From Candidatus Subterrananammoxibius californiae (GTDB lineage Bacteria; Planctomycetota; Brocadiia; Brocadiales; Subterrananammoxibiaceae): a stretch of DNA of 64,000 nucleotides. The notes under the pieces are model-generated. The model saw only the letters and a program-made list of their open reading frames with translations. It was not told the origin of the DNA and made no database searches. Location: positions 26,582-90,581 of the forward strand of contig JAURAC010000008.1 of NCBI GenBank assembly GCA_030586555.1, read 5' to 3'. The translations under genes were made by a program, and so were the position numbers. This document shows, piece after piece, positions 47,922 to 58,436 of the stretch (the stretch's first letter is position 1; each line of letters begins with the position of its first letter).

Positions 47922-49661
47922 CTACATCTCCTCAGGGGCTTTTATTCCTAACAGATAAAGGCCCTTGTTTAGCACCTGCCTGATGCTATTGCATAGAAGC
48001 ACCCTTGCTTTTGTCAGTTCTTCATCATCGCCGAGAATCCTGTGATGATTGTAGTAGCGGTTGAATGTGCTGCAAATGGTAAGGAGAAGATTGGCTAATA
48101 GCGATGGCTCGTATGATTCTGCCGCACGCAGAACGGTAATTGGAAATAATTCCAGTTTTTTCACGAGCATTAGTTCGTCATCTTCATTTAGGAGAGCATA
48201 ATTAACCCCCCTCACCCCACCCTCCCCCTCGAGGGGGGAGGGTGAGGGTGGGGGTGCTCCGTATTTTCGTATAATGCTACAAAGCCTTGCATGGCTGTAC
48301 TGCACATAAGGGCCAGTCTCACCATCAAAATTAAGGACTTCATCCCAATCGAAGTTCACGTCCTTAATCCTTTTACTGCTTAAATCAGCAAATATAACGG
48401 CGCCAATGCCAACTGCGTATGCAATTCCCTCTTTGTTCTTCAAATCAGGATTCTTTTCCTCTATTATTTTTTTTGTGCGTTCTACCGCCTCTTTAAGTAA
48501 ATCTTCAAGCAGGATAACCCTGCCCTTTCTTGTGGACATCTTTCCATCCCGAAACTTCATCAGTCCGAAATCCACATGGATACAGTCTTTTGCCCACGAA
48601 TACCCCATAAGTTCAAGCACCTTAAAGAATTGTTTAAAATGAAGTTTCTGCTCAGAGCCGACCACATAAATTGCTCTGTCAAAATTGAATTGTCTTTTCC
48701 TGTATTCAGCGGCAGATATATCACGAGTTGCATAAAGGCTTGCATCATCCTTCTTCAGCAACAGGCAGGGCGGCATATTGTATTTATCAAGGTTTACAAC
48801 AAAGGCGTCCTCACTTATAACCCCAAGTCCAGAGGCTTTAATTCGTTTTATGGTATCATTAAGTAGTTCATTATAAAAACTTTCGCCCGTATAGAAATCA
48901 AAGCTTATATCCAGCAGATTATATATTTTCTGAAATTCTTGCAGGCTAAGGTCTTTAAAACGCTGCCAGAGTGTGTTAGCCTCCCCATCCCCCTTTTCCA
49001 ACCGCTTGAACCATTCCCTCGCCTCATCTTCGAGGGATGGATTCTTTTCGGCTTCCTGGTGGTACTTTACATAGAGTTCGTTAAGGTGCTTAATAGGATT
49101 TTCCTTCAAGGCGTCCTCGTTACCCCATTTCTTGTACGCTACAATGAGCTGACCAAACTGCGTCCCCCAGTCACCGAGGTGATTGATGCAGATGCAATGG
49201 TATCCGAGCGCCTGGTAGAGCCTCTTGAGAGAGTTTCCTATAACGGCTGAACGGAGGTGATGCACGGCAAGATGTTTGGCAATATTGGGAGAGGAATAAT
49301 CTAAAACAACGGTCTTTCCATGTCCAATATTCGAATTGCCGTAAGCCTCTCCCAGCTCGTATATATCCCTTAGAACAAACTCAATAAGTTTGCTTTTATT
49401 AGCGATAAAATTCAAATATGGTCCGTTTGCCCTTACTTCCGGGATTAAGCTGGTAGGGGAAAAAGCTTGTGATGCTGTTCGGGATACGTCTTCGGGGGAG
49501 CGCTTGAGCCTCTTTGCGGGAGCAAAACATGGAACGGCAAAATCGCCCATCTTGGGGTCTGGCGGGATTTCTATCAGACGCTCAAGCTCATCGTCTAAAA
49601 AATCTATAAACTCTGGCTTTTGTTTAAGACCTGTGATTATAACTTTTATAAATGGATTCAC
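47922..49661 (-). CDS. argS: Arginine--tRNA ligase
   Basis: DYSSPNIAK, GDWGTQFG, KMSTRKG, GETGPYVQY.HAR, terminal PEEM. Confidence 0.96.
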   Translation of the reverse strand: MNPFIKVIITGLKQKPEFIDFLDDELERLIEIPPDPKMGDFAVPCFAPAKRLKRSPEDVSRTASQAFSPTSLIPEVRANGPYLNFIANKSKLIEFVLRDIYELGEAYGNSNIGHGKTVVLDYSSPNIAKHLAVHHLRSAVIGNSLKRLYQALGYHCICINHLGDWGTQFGQLIVAYKKWGNEDALKENPIKHLNELYVKYHQEAEKNPSLEDEAREWFKRLEKGDGEANTLWQRFKDLSLQEFQKIYNLLDISFDFYTGESFYNELLNDTIKRIKASGLGVISEDAFVVNLDKYNMPPCLLLKKDDASLYATRDISAAEYRKRQFNFDRAIYVVGSEQKLHFKQFFKVLELMGYSWAKDCIHVDFGLMKFRDGKMSTRKGRVILLEDLLKEAVERTKKIIEEKNPDLKNKEGIAYAVGIGAVIFADLSSKRIKDVNFDWDEVLNFDGETGPYVQYSHARLCSIIRKYGAPPPSPSPLEGEGGVRGVNYALLNEDDELMLVKKLELFPITVLRAAESYEPSLLANLLLTICSTFNRYYNHHRILGDDEELTKARVLLCNSIRQVLNKGLYLLGIKAPEEM

Positions 49662-49798
49662 GTTATCTCCTTAATTCTTAATCTACTATACCTCCCGTAT
49701 TGAAATCAACAAAAATACGTCCTTGCACCGAGCGAAGCGAACGTGCCTGTTGCCACTAAACTGTAGCTGCTTAGTCTACCTGTAGAGAGCAATTATAT

Positions 49799-52762
49799 AT
49801 GGCGCAGGGCTTTTTTCAATTGACAAACAACCGCCCTCTGCCTTATACTCTTAAGTCTATGAGTCCAAGGGTTAAAAGTCTTGGGTTGAGAGATAAAGAG
49901 GCAAAGAGGCGAAGAGGTAAAGAGGCTAAAAGTCTTAAGTTTGAAGGCTTAAGGCTGAAGAGAAAATCTTTTCTTTCAGCCCTCGGCCTCTCTTTTCTTC
50001 AGCCTTTTTACCTTTTTGCCTTTTTGCCTTTTTGCCTTTTAACCTTTGTACCTTTTTGCCTCTTTGCTGCACACGGCTCAATAATTACAAAGGACGTTTC
50101 CGATTGGCCTGTAAACATTTCCGCAAAAGAGATTAGTTCCTGGACTACCGAGGGTATAAGGGTTTTTAATGCGCAAAAAGAAGTAAAAATAAGCCAGGGG
50201 AATGTCCAATTAGTTGCTGATAACGCAATATGCTGGTTTCAAGAAATGCAGCCTGCAGAGCTTATAGAAACTACCCTCGAGGTTTACTGCGAAGGTAATG
50301 TTATTCTGGTTCAAGATAAGGGTGTTGAAAAATATGCGCAGCTATATTTACACCTAACAACTGCAATGGGTATAGTTGCAGAAGCAATAGTTCCGCCTAT
50401 TAAGATACTTGAAGGAGAAGGACTAACAGAAGCATACTTGAGGGCAAAGGTGATTCGGTCCGCCTCGGGTGGAGAGGAATTTGCATCAAAGGTGCCTCTC
50501 GAAAAGGGACCTGCTATTACTGTACCCGCAAAGGAGGAGATAATTGACCTCTTTGCCGACGACATGGAAAGCTGGACGGAGGGAGACTTACAAGTTGTTG
50601 TTGCCACTGGTAACGTGAGGGTAAAGAGTATAGAAGGAACACTTACAGCGGACAACGTCATCCTCTGGTTTGACCGTAAAGAAGTAGAGGAAGGCAAGCC
50701 AGTTGAGCAAACCTTTAAGGAGGTATATGCCGAAGGAAACGTGACGTTAAGAAGCGGTAACGATTTTATTATAGCCGACAAAGTGTTTGAGAATAAAAAG
50801 GGGAATAAGGGGGTCTATACAAATAACAGGTTAAAAGCCACTCTCCCGCAGATTAACGCTCCAATTTATTTCTCAAGCGATGAGATAAAAAAGGTATCCG
50901 AAGGGGAATTTACGGCAAAAAATGGTACTTTAACAACCTGCGGGTTTGGACATCCTCATTTCTATTTTAAAGGCTCTAAGATAAGGCTTAGAAAAAATGA
51001 AAGAGACCCTTCGCTACGCTCAGGGCAAGGTTTTAAAGTCTCCTCCAGTGGAAACACTATTTATGGCGCCAGGATACCATTTCTTTATCAACCGTATCTT
51101 GCATGGGACATCCAGCGCGGGCTCTTCCCCATTAAGAGATTAGAAACGGGGTCTTCATCAAAGTTTGGCTATGCCGTTCAAACCGATTGGAACATTTATG
51201 CCCTTGGCGCTGGAAAGCAGTGGGCAGACTGGAGCGACTTGACACTCAATCTTGATTTTATGCAAAAAAGGGGTGTAGGAACAGGGGTTAATTTTGATTA
51301 CGAACTCCCTGAGACCTCTGGATTGGTCAGGAGCTATTATCTCTCTGACCATGGAGATACCGATAGACTTGGCCGTGAAAGGGTCCCAATCCCACAAAAT
51401 GATAGAGGTCGTTTCTTGTGGAGGAATCGGCAATTGTTACCTTATGATACCCGTGCAGACCTTGAGGTCGCTTACCTTAGCGATGAAAGATTTTTGCGGG
51501 AATTCTTCAGGGAAGATTTCAAGCAAGATAAAGACCAGGAAACCGTTCTCTACTTCAGAAGGCTTAAAGATAATGTGGGTATGACGTTTGAGGCAAACAG
51601 ACATTTGAATAATCTCGATACGTTAGTTGAATCTGGAAGGGAAATAAAGACCGCCGAGTCGCTCCCCGCTGTGGGGTACAATATAATTAGCCAACCACTT
51701 TGGGAGGACGCCTTGAACTTTACCTCACAATCTAAGCTCGGATACTTTGACAGGGTGCTGGAAAGCCGTCAGGAAGGTTTCAACTCTGTATCTACACTTC
51801 GGTTTGATACGGATGGCACGTTAAGTATGCCGCTTCATCCTCTGTTCTTTAATATTAATCCCTTTATTGGTGGACGTCTTACAGCCTATGATAATGGTAT
51901 TGATAGGTCTACCCAGACAGATGGTGGTCCAGCTCGTTACAGATTTATCGGCAGTCTTGGCTTCGACCTCAGCACAAACATATCAAGAGCGTACGGGATT
52001 AAAAACGAATTCTTTCAGATAGACCACCTCAGGCATATAATCACGCCGGAGTTAAGGGTTGTTTCTAATCCTATTGTAACAGAGAATCCCGAAGGCATTG
52101 TGCAAATTGACGAAGTTGATGCCCTTGATGATTCCCATGTACTTATGATTGGTTTAAGAAATAGACTTCAAACGAAGCGTGGCGAGCCTGGAGACATGAA
52201 TACGGTTGACTTTGTTAATTTTGATATTGAAACGTATCTCTTTCCAGGTAAAGCGGCAATTGGTACAGAGGGCATTTCTGGTATGCAAGTAAGGTCAGAT
52301 GATTTTATCCAATGGGATTTAACTGCTCAGCTTTCCGATAGATTAGCCTTTGAGTCTGAGAGAAACGAATTTAACCTAACAGAGTTAGGTTTTGATGTTG
52401 TTAATTCAGGGTTGCGTTTTCAACACACACCGGAATGGAGTTATTTTGCAGGCCATAGATTCATCAAGGATGTCAGTTCATCCGTTATCTTTAGTACAGA
52501 TTATAGGCTTACAGAGAAATGGGCTGTAGCTTTTTATGAGCATTTCGATTTTAATGCTGAAAAGGACTTAACAGCCGAGGAAATCACCCGAGGGTCACAG
52601 AATTTGAAGACCCAACTCGTATTTTCAAGATTCTTTCACGAATTTAGAGGTGACTTCACAATAGAGCTTGACGAGGTAAGAAACGACAAGATTGCACGCT
52701 TTGATTTAATTCCATTAATGTTTACAAAACAAACACAAAGACAGAAACGCCTTTGGTTTTAA
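49799..52762 (+). CDS. lptD: LptD-like LPS assembly outer-membrane protein
   Basis: Repeated A.GNV beta-jellyroll segments, TTC...PH, YLSD..FL.EF barrel; start uncertain. Confidence 0.72.
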   Translation: MAQGFFQLTNNRPLPYTLKSMSPRVKSLGLRDKEAKRRRGKEAKSLKFEGLRLKRKSFLSALGLSFLQPFYLFAFLPFCLLTFVPFCLFAAHGSIITKDVSDWPVNISAKEISSWTTEGIRVFNAQKEVKISQGNVQLVADNAICWFQEMQPAELIETTLEVYCEGNVILVQDKGVEKYAQLYLHLTTAMGIVAEAIVPPIKILEGEGLTEAYLRAKVIRSASGGEEFASKVPLEKGPAITVPAKEEIIDLFADDMESWTEGDLQVVVATGNVRVKSIEGTLTADNVILWFDRKEVEEGKPVEQTFKEVYAEGNVTLRSGNDFIIADKVFENKKGNKGVYTNNRLKATLPQINAPIYFSSDEIKKVSEGEFTAKNGTLTTCGFGHPHFYFKGSKIRLRKNERDPSLRSGQGFKVSSSGNTIYGARIPFLYQPYLAWDIQRGLFPIKRLETGSSSKFGYAVQTDWNIYALGAGKQWADWSDLTLNLDFMQKRGVGTGVNFDYELPETSGLVRSYYLSDHGDTDRLGRERVPIPQNDRGRFLWRNRQLLPYDTRADLEVAYLSDERFLREFFREDFKQDKDQETVLYFRRLKDNVGMTFEANRHLNNLDTLVESGREIKTAESLPAVGYNIISQPLWEDALNFTSQSKLGYFDRVLESRQEGFNSVSTLRFDTDGTLSMPLHPLFFNINPFIGGRLTAYDNGIDRSTQTDGGPARYRFIGSLGFDLSTNISRAYGIKNEFFQIDHLRHIITPELRVVSNPIVTENPEGIVQIDEVDALDDSHVLMIGLRNRLQTKRGEPGDMNTVDFVNFDIETYLFPGKAAIGTEGISGMQVRSDDFIQWDLTAQLSDRLAFESERNEFNLTELGFDVVNSGLRFQHTPEWSYFAGHRFIKDVSSSVIFSTDYRLTEKWAVAFYEHFDFNAEKDLTAEEITRGSQNLKTQLVFSRFFHEFRGDFTIELDEVRNDKIARFDLIPLMFTKQTQRQKRLWF

Positions 52763-52845
52763 CTTTGCCCCTCACCTATCCTCTCCCCAACGGGGAGAGG
52801 GTTAGGGTGAGGGGGGAATTAACTGTCTACCAGAATACCAATACG

Positions 52846-53337
52846 ATGAGAAAGGCCGTATATCCAGGAACTTTTGACCCCGTAACTTACGGCCATCTTG
52901 ATGTGATTAGAAGGGGAAGCAAGATATTTGACGAGTTGATTGTTGCAGTCGGGCACAACCCCTTGAAAGCCCATATTTTTTCCGTAGAAGAGCGTCTTGA
53001 AATGATTACCACGTATACAAAAAATATTCCTAATGTAAAGGTGGACAGCTTTGAAGGAATGCTTATTGATTATATGGAAAAGGAGCAAACAAACGTCATC
53101 CTGCGGGGGATTAGAACAGTTTCCGATTTTGAATATGAGTTTCAAAGAGCGCTTACAAACCGGGTACTTAAAAATGACATTGAAACGGTCTTTGTAATGA
53201 CAAGCGAACAGTATTCGTTCCTTAATTCCAGTTTGATAAAGGAGGCGGCCAGTCTCGGAGGGAGCGTTAGCGCCTTTGTGCCAGCAGAGGTTGAAAAGCG
53301 ACTAAAGGAAAAGCTCCTCGCTAAGAGAGGAAAATAA
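52846..53337 (+). CDS. coaD: Phosphopantetheine adenylyltransferase
   Basis: YPGTFDPVT.GH, RGIR..SDFEYE, SS.IKE. Confidence 0.96.
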   Translation: MRKAVYPGTFDPVTYGHLDVIRRGSKIFDELIVAVGHNPLKAHIFSVEERLEMITTYTKNIPNVKVDSFEGMLIDYMEKEQTNVILRGIRTVSDFEYEFQRALTNRVLKNDIETVFVMTSEQYSFLNSSLIKEAASLGGSVSAFVPAEVEKRLKEKLLAKRGK

Positions 53338-53414
53338 CTTTTATTGTTAATCCCCCCTTTATCCCCCTTTATCAAAGGGGGGAATTATAGGGGGATTTAG
53401 AAAGAAGTTTTGTA

Positions 53415-54206
53415 ATGAAATTAAAAATCCTGGCAATCGGCGATATTGTGGGCCGACCAGGGCGACAAATCCTTCAAGATAAACTACCAACATTTATTAA
53501 GGATGAAAAAATTGATTTTTGTATAGCAAATGGCGAAAACTCGGCAGGAGGCTCGGGAATAACTGGTGAGGTTGCATCAAGCCTCTTATCTTTCGGGGTA
53601 GATGTTATTACGATGGGTGACCACGTATGGAAAAAGAAAGAGGTTGTCCCCCTGCTTGAGAATGAGCGGAGGCTTTTAAGACCTGAAAACTATTCTCCCC
53701 TTGCGCGTGGCAGAGGGATAGTAGCTATTAATTCTAAATGTGGTGAACCTATTGGGGTAATAAATCTGCTTGGACGTGTGTTTATGAAGCCAATAGATTG
53801 TCCCTTCAGGGTTGTAGACCAGGTATTGAAAGAATTTTCAGGCAAAACCAGGGTTATTATTGTTGACTTACATGCAGAGGCAACCTCTGAAAAGATAGCG
53901 ATGGGATGGTATCTCAATGGCAGAGTAAGCGCCGTTGTTGGTACTCATACACATGTCCAAACGGCCGATGAAAGGATTCTGCCAAACGGGACGGCATATA
54001 TTACAGATTTGGGAATGACAGGCTCCCATGAATCAATACTCGGCAGGAGCATATCGCCCGTTTTAAAAGCAATCGTTACCCAGATGCCAGAACGTTTTGA
54101 CGTAGCCGAAAGAGACGTTAGAATATGCGGCGTTGTTATTTCCGTTGATAGCTCAACTGGTAAGGCGCAGGACATAAAAAGGATTGTCGTAAGAGAAAAT
54201 GAATAA
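53415..54206 (+). CDS. ymdB: YmdB-like (TIGR00282) metallophosphoesterase
   Basis: GDIVG.PG, NGEN.AGG.G, DLHAEATSEK, GTHTHV.TAD, TD.GMTG. Confidence 0.92.
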   Translation: MKLKILAIGDIVGRPGRQILQDKLPTFIKDEKIDFCIANGENSAGGSGITGEVASSLLSFGVDVITMGDHVWKKKEVVPLLENERRLLRPENYSPLARGRGIVAINSKCGEPIGVINLLGRVFMKPIDCPFRVVDQVLKEFSGKTRVIIVDLHAEATSEKIAMGWYLNGRVSAVVGTHTHVQTADERILPNGTAYITDLGMTGSHESILGRSISPVLKAIVTQMPERFDVAERDVRICGVVISVDSSTGKAQDIKRIVVRENE

Positions 54207-55479
54207 GTTACATAAATTCAGAATACGGAGCGCTGAATGCGGAATAATTCCGCAATCTGAAATCCGCAACCCCCATTCGGAAAGAAAGATATTTACTGTT
54301 TCAGAGATAACAAGGATGATTAAGGAATCCCTTGAGCAAGAGTTCTTTTCCACATGGATCGTCGGGGAAATTTCTAATGTGAGGAGGCCAAATTCTGGAC
54401 ACATATATTTTACACTTAAGGATGAAAATGCCCAGCTCAATGCCATAATCTTTCGAAACGTGGCCGACAGGCTTAAATTTGAGTTAAAGGATGGCGTCAG
54501 CGTGATTGCCTTTGGTTCCATCACTGTCTATGAGCCGCGAGGACAATACCAGTTACAGGTAGAGGAGCTTGAGCCAAAAGGCATTGGTGCGCTTCAATTA
54601 GCCTTTCAGCAGTTAAAGGAGAGGCTTGGTAAGGAAGGTCTTTTTGACCTGTCTCACAAAAAACCTTTGCCAGCGCTGCCTGGAAAGATAGCCATCGTAA
54701 CGTCGCCAACAGGGGCAGCCATAAGGGATATACTTAATGTCATCAACCGAAGGTTTCCGAGGGTTGAAATCCTCATTTACCCTGTAAAGGTGCAAGGAGA
54801 AGGCGCCGCTCAGGAGATAGCACAGGCAATCTATGATTTAAATACGATGGGCGATATTGACGTAATGATTGTTGGCAGGGGTGGAGGGAGTCTTGAGGAT
54901 TTGTGGGCATTTAACGAAGAGATTGTGGCAAGAAGCATCTATGCCTCAAGAATACCTGTAATCTCTGCCGTAGGGCATGAGATAGACCTTACCATATCTG
55001 ACCTCGTTGCTGATAAGAGGGCGCTTACGCCAACAGAGGCAGGCGAATTAGTAGTGCCTCGCCTGGACATACTTCTTAACGGCATTGACACTATAAAATC
55101 CCGACTCTGGCATGCCCTCGTAAACAGGATTGGCATGGCAAAGAGCAAACTTGAAACGATTGCAAAGAGTTATGCTTTTCGGTATCCTCTCGATAAGATT
55201 CATCGTTTGCAGCAAAGGTTAGACGAATTGCTACAGAAAACAAACACAGGCGCAAGGCTTTCCCTCTCAAAAGGATGCGAGAAGTTAAACAATCTGGCAA
55301 GTAAACTCGAAAGCATGAGTCCCTTAAAGACATTAGAAAGGGGCTACACTATAACCACGAAGCCCGACAGTGATAAACCACTGCGAAGCACTGAAGGACT
55401 AAAGCAGGGTGATTATATAAAGACCAGGTTCCACAGAGGAACAGTGGCGTCAACCATAACAACGATTGATAATATATAG
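54199..55479 (+). CDS. xseA: Exodeoxyribonuclease VII large subunit
   Basis: GEISN..SGH.YF.LKD, TS.TGAA.RD, RGGGS.EDLW.FN, GHE.D; N-terminus made of heptamer repeats. Confidence 0.95.
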   Translation: MNKLHKFRIRSAECGIIPQSEIRNPHSERKIFTVSEITRMIKESLEQEFFSTWIVGEISNVRRPNSGHIYFTLKDENAQLNAIIFRNVADRLKFELKDGVSVIAFGSITVYEPRGQYQLQVEELEPKGIGALQLAFQQLKERLGKEGLFDLSHKKPLPALPGKIAIVTSPTGAAIRDILNVINRRFPRVEILIYPVKVQGEGAAQEIAQAIYDLNTMGDIDVMIVGRGGGSLEDLWAFNEEIVARSIYASRIPVISAVGHEIDLTISDLVADKRALTPTEAGELVVPRLDILLNGIDTIKSRLWHALVNRIGMAKSKLETIAKSYAFRYPLDKIHRLQQRLDELLQKTNTGARLSLSKGCEKLNNLASKLESMSPLKTLERGYTITTKPDSDKPLRSTEGLKQGDYIKTRFHRGTVASTITTIDNI

Positions 55480-55504
55480 ACTTTAATAATAGGAAAAAAT
55501 CTAA

Positions 55505-55792
55505 ATGCGAAGTTTGGTACAGTTAGTCGAAAAAGAACTAAAGATTCCTAAAAAACAGTTGGTTGAAGAGGGTGTCAAGCACTTCTTAACTATTGAATTG
55601 AAGAATCTATCCATTGAAATAGGCAAGCTATCTGGTCGGTATGGTGTAAGTTCTTTTGATGAGATGTGGGATAAACTTGAGGCTGGAGAAATAACGGAAT
55701 CAGAGTGTTTTGACGATTTAAGTAAACTTGAGTATCTGGAGTTAGAAAGGGAAAAGGTGGTTAAGTTATTGCAAAAAGCCGTGAAGAAATGA
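55505..55792 (+). CDS. Putative antitoxin
   Basis: Small helical protein overlapping the downstream DUF6516-like gene. Confidence 0.6.
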   Translation: MRSLVQLVEKELKIPKKQLVEEGVKHFLTIELKNLSIEIGKLSGRYGVSSFDEMWDKLEAGEITESECFDDLSKLEYLELEREKVVKLLQKAVKK

Positions 55793-56160
55793 CCTCCAAA
55801 GACGAGATATATTCCCAACTTGCACAGATTGCTTTAAGTGAATTCGTAGATATTGTAGAAGATACAAGGATTATTGAGGGGAAATTGCGAGTTTTCCTCA
55901 AAGACGAGAGTTTTATTGATATTTGGCTCTCAATTAAGAAAAAGGGGGTTTATGCCTATCATTGGGAAAGGAGACATGTTGACGGAACGATATACCGATA
56001 TAATAACCTCCCGGATAAAGAAGCTAAAAAACTTCAAACCTATCCAAAGCATTTTCATAATGGAACCCAGGAGAATGTGATAGAAAGTGATTTAAGTAAT
56101 GAACCTGTAGAGGCTATAAGAGCCTTATTAGAGTTCTCAAGGAAGGTCATTAAGGCTTAA
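55789..56160 (+). CDS. DUF6516/TumE-like putative toxin
   Basis: YAYHWE..G.IYRY.N.P....TYP.H.H.G. Confidence 0.7.
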   Translation: MTSKDEIYSQLAQIALSEFVDIVEDTRIIEGKLRVFLKDESFIDIWLSIKKKGVYAYHWERRHVDGTIYRYNNLPDKEAKKLQTYPKHFHNGTQENVIESDLSNEPVEAIRALLEFSRKVIKA

Positions 56161-56237
56161 AAGCGTTGGTCGTTCCCTTTACCATTCCTCTCCCACAGGG
56201 GAGAGGGATGGGGTGAGGGAGGTATCAAAAGGCGGAT

Positions 56238-56477
56238 ATGGCGAAGATTAAGTTTGAAGAAAGCCTTAAAAAGCTGGAAGGGATTGTTGAACAACTGGAA
56301 AGAGGCGATTTGACACTTGACGAATCACTCACGAAATATGAAAATGGCATAAGGCTTTATAAGCAATGTCTTGCGCTCCTCGAAAGCGCGGAAAAAAAGG
56401 TTCAAATCCTGACGAAGAATGCAAGCGGTCAATTCCAAACAGAAGATTTTCTTCCGCCCCAGGCGGATGAGGGTTGA
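56238..56477 (+). CDS. xseB: Exodeoxyribonuclease VII small subunit
   Basis: FEE.L.KLE.IV..LE.G.L.L.ESL..YE.G. Confidence 0.93.
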   Translation: MAKIKFEESLKKLEGIVEQLERGDLTLDESLTKYENGIRLYKQCLALLESAEKKVQILTKNASGQFQTEDFLPPQADEG

Positions 56478-56488
56478 GGAGGAATGCT

Positions 56489-58420
56489 ATGGCAAAACTT
56501 TTGGATAACATTAACAGTCCTGCAGACCTAAAAAGGCTGGACCCAGATGAAATGCCTCAACTCGCCGCTGAAATCAGGGAATTGATTATTGACGTTGTAT
56601 CGAGGAATCCGGGCCATTTAGCTTCTAACTTAGGGGTTGTTGAACTTACACTGGCGCTGCACTATTGTTTTGACTTCCATGTGGACAGGCTGGTCTGGGA
56701 TGTTGGGCATCAGTCCTACGTACACAAAATCCTGACGGGCAGAAGGCAAGCCTTTTCGACCCTGCGCCAATACAAAGGCATAAGTGGTTTCCCTGACAAA
56801 AAAGAAAGCCCTTATGACCCGTTCACCTGTGGCCATAGCGGAGGCGCAATATCCTCAGCCCTCGGCGTGTCATGTGGCAATGAGCTGCTTGACAATGACA
56901 GAAATGTGGTTGTTCTTGTAGGTGATGGGGCAATAGGCGCTGGCATGTCCCTTGAGGCGCTTAATCACGCAGGGGACTTGAAAAAAAATCTGCTGATAGT
57001 CCTGAATGACAATGAGATGGCGATTTCAAATACAGTGGGGGCATTTGCCAAATATCTTACAAAGATTAGTTCTACTCCCCTGTATGTTGACCTTAAGAAA
57101 GAGGTACACCATATTCTTAGTGTTTTACCAGTTTTTGGTAAAACAGTAGAGCATTTATTGGAGCGTATTACAGAGGTATTAAAGAAGGAATTGGTACCGG
57201 GGCGAATCTTCGTTGACTTGGGGTTTAATTACTTTGGCCCCGTAGATGGACATAACGTCCAGTTGCTTATAGAGACCCTTAATGATATTAAACTCTTAAA
57301 GGGACCTAAGCTCCTTCATGTAATTACGGAAAAAGGAAAGGGTTTTGAACCTGCATCTAAAAACCCTGAGAGATATCACAGCGCTGGTAAGTTCCACCTG
57401 TGTAACGGAACGATAGTTGAAACCACTCAAGGTGGAAAACTCAGCTATACGAAGGTATTTAGCGATACCATTGTGGAACTCGCAGCGACAAACGATAAGA
57501 TAGTGGCTATTACCGCCGCTATGCCGGATGGGGCGGGCCTTTCGACCTTTAAAAAAAGATTTCCAGATAGATATTTCGATGTAGGAATATGTGAACAGCA
57601 TGGGGTAGGATTTGCTAACGGGCTTGCAGCTATTGGCTTAAAACCTGTTGCAGCGATATATTCAACCTTCTTACAGAGGGCATACGACCAGGTCTTCCAT
57701 GATGTTTGCCTGCAGGAAAGGGAAAACGGCATTGTCTTTGCCCTTGATAGGGCAGGTATCGTTGGAAGCGATGGACCCACGCACAACGGCGTTTTTGATA
57801 TAGCTTACCTTCGTCATTTGCCAGGGATGACACTTATGGCGCCAAAGGACGGTTCGGAACTAAGGGCAATGCTAAAGCTCGCCGTAGAAACCAATTCGCC
57901 TGTTGCAATTCGCTATCCCAGAGAAAATATACCTGACGAATTTATAGACCCTTCACCAAAACCTTTCCGGATAGGTGAAGCAGAAATTTTGAGAGAAGGC
58001 TCAGATGGCGCTATTATTGCCTATGGTGCAATGGTATATCCATCCATGGATGCGGCGAATCGCCTCTCTGAACAGGGTATTGAAGTTACTGTTATTAACG
58101 CCCGCTTTGCAAAACCACTCGACAAAACCACTATCTTAAATGCAGTAAGGGAATATCCCGTTATTGTGACCGTTGAGGACCACTGCCTGCTCGGTGGTTT
58201 TGGCTCGGCAGTGCTTGAACTTGTCTCTGATTATGGGGGAGATGGCAGAAAAATCGTCCGATTGGGCATACCAGATAGATTCGTAGAGCATGGTCCGAGG
58301 GATGTTATACTTAAAAGCCTCGGTCTTGACGCTGAGGGGATTGCAAAGAGAATTTCATCAGTGCTTAAGGCAAAGGGGTCGAAAATTGAGCGAAGCGAAC
58401 CATCTTGTTACCAGATATAG
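56489..58420 (+). CDS. dxs: 1-deoxy-D-xylulose-5-phosphate synthase
   Basis: GH..S.LG.VELT, WDVGHQ.Y.HK, GDG..., LNDN.M, YSTFLQR.YDQ, DG.TH. Confidence 0.96.
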   Translation: MAKLLDNINSPADLKRLDPDEMPQLAAEIRELIIDVVSRNPGHLASNLGVVELTLALHYCFDFHVDRLVWDVGHQSYVHKILTGRRQAFSTLRQYKGISGFPDKKESPYDPFTCGHSGGAISSALGVSCGNELLDNDRNVVVLVGDGAIGAGMSLEALNHAGDLKKNLLIVLNDNEMAISNTVGAFAKYLTKISSTPLYVDLKKEVHHILSVLPVFGKTVEHLLERITEVLKKELVPGRIFVDLGFNYFGPVDGHNVQLLIETLNDIKLLKGPKLLHVITEKGKGFEPASKNPERYHSAGKFHLCNGTIVETTQGGKLSYTKVFSDTIVELAATNDKIVAITAAMPDGAGLSTFKKRFPDRYFDVGICEQHGVGFANGLAAIGLKPVAAIYSTFLQRAYDQVFHDVCLQERENGIVFALDRAGIVGSDGPTHNGVFDIAYLRHLPGMTLMAPKDGSELRAMLKLAVETNSPVAIRYPRENIPDEFIDPSPKPFRIGEAEILREGSDGAIIAYGAMVYPSMDAANRLSEQGIEVTVINARFAKPLDKTTILNAVREYPVIVTVEDHCLLGGFGSAVLELVSDYGGDGRKIVRLGIPDRFVEHGPRDVILKSLGLDAEGIAKRISSVLKAKGSKIERSEPSCYQI

Positions 58421-58436
58421 AACAAGTAAGGAAAAG

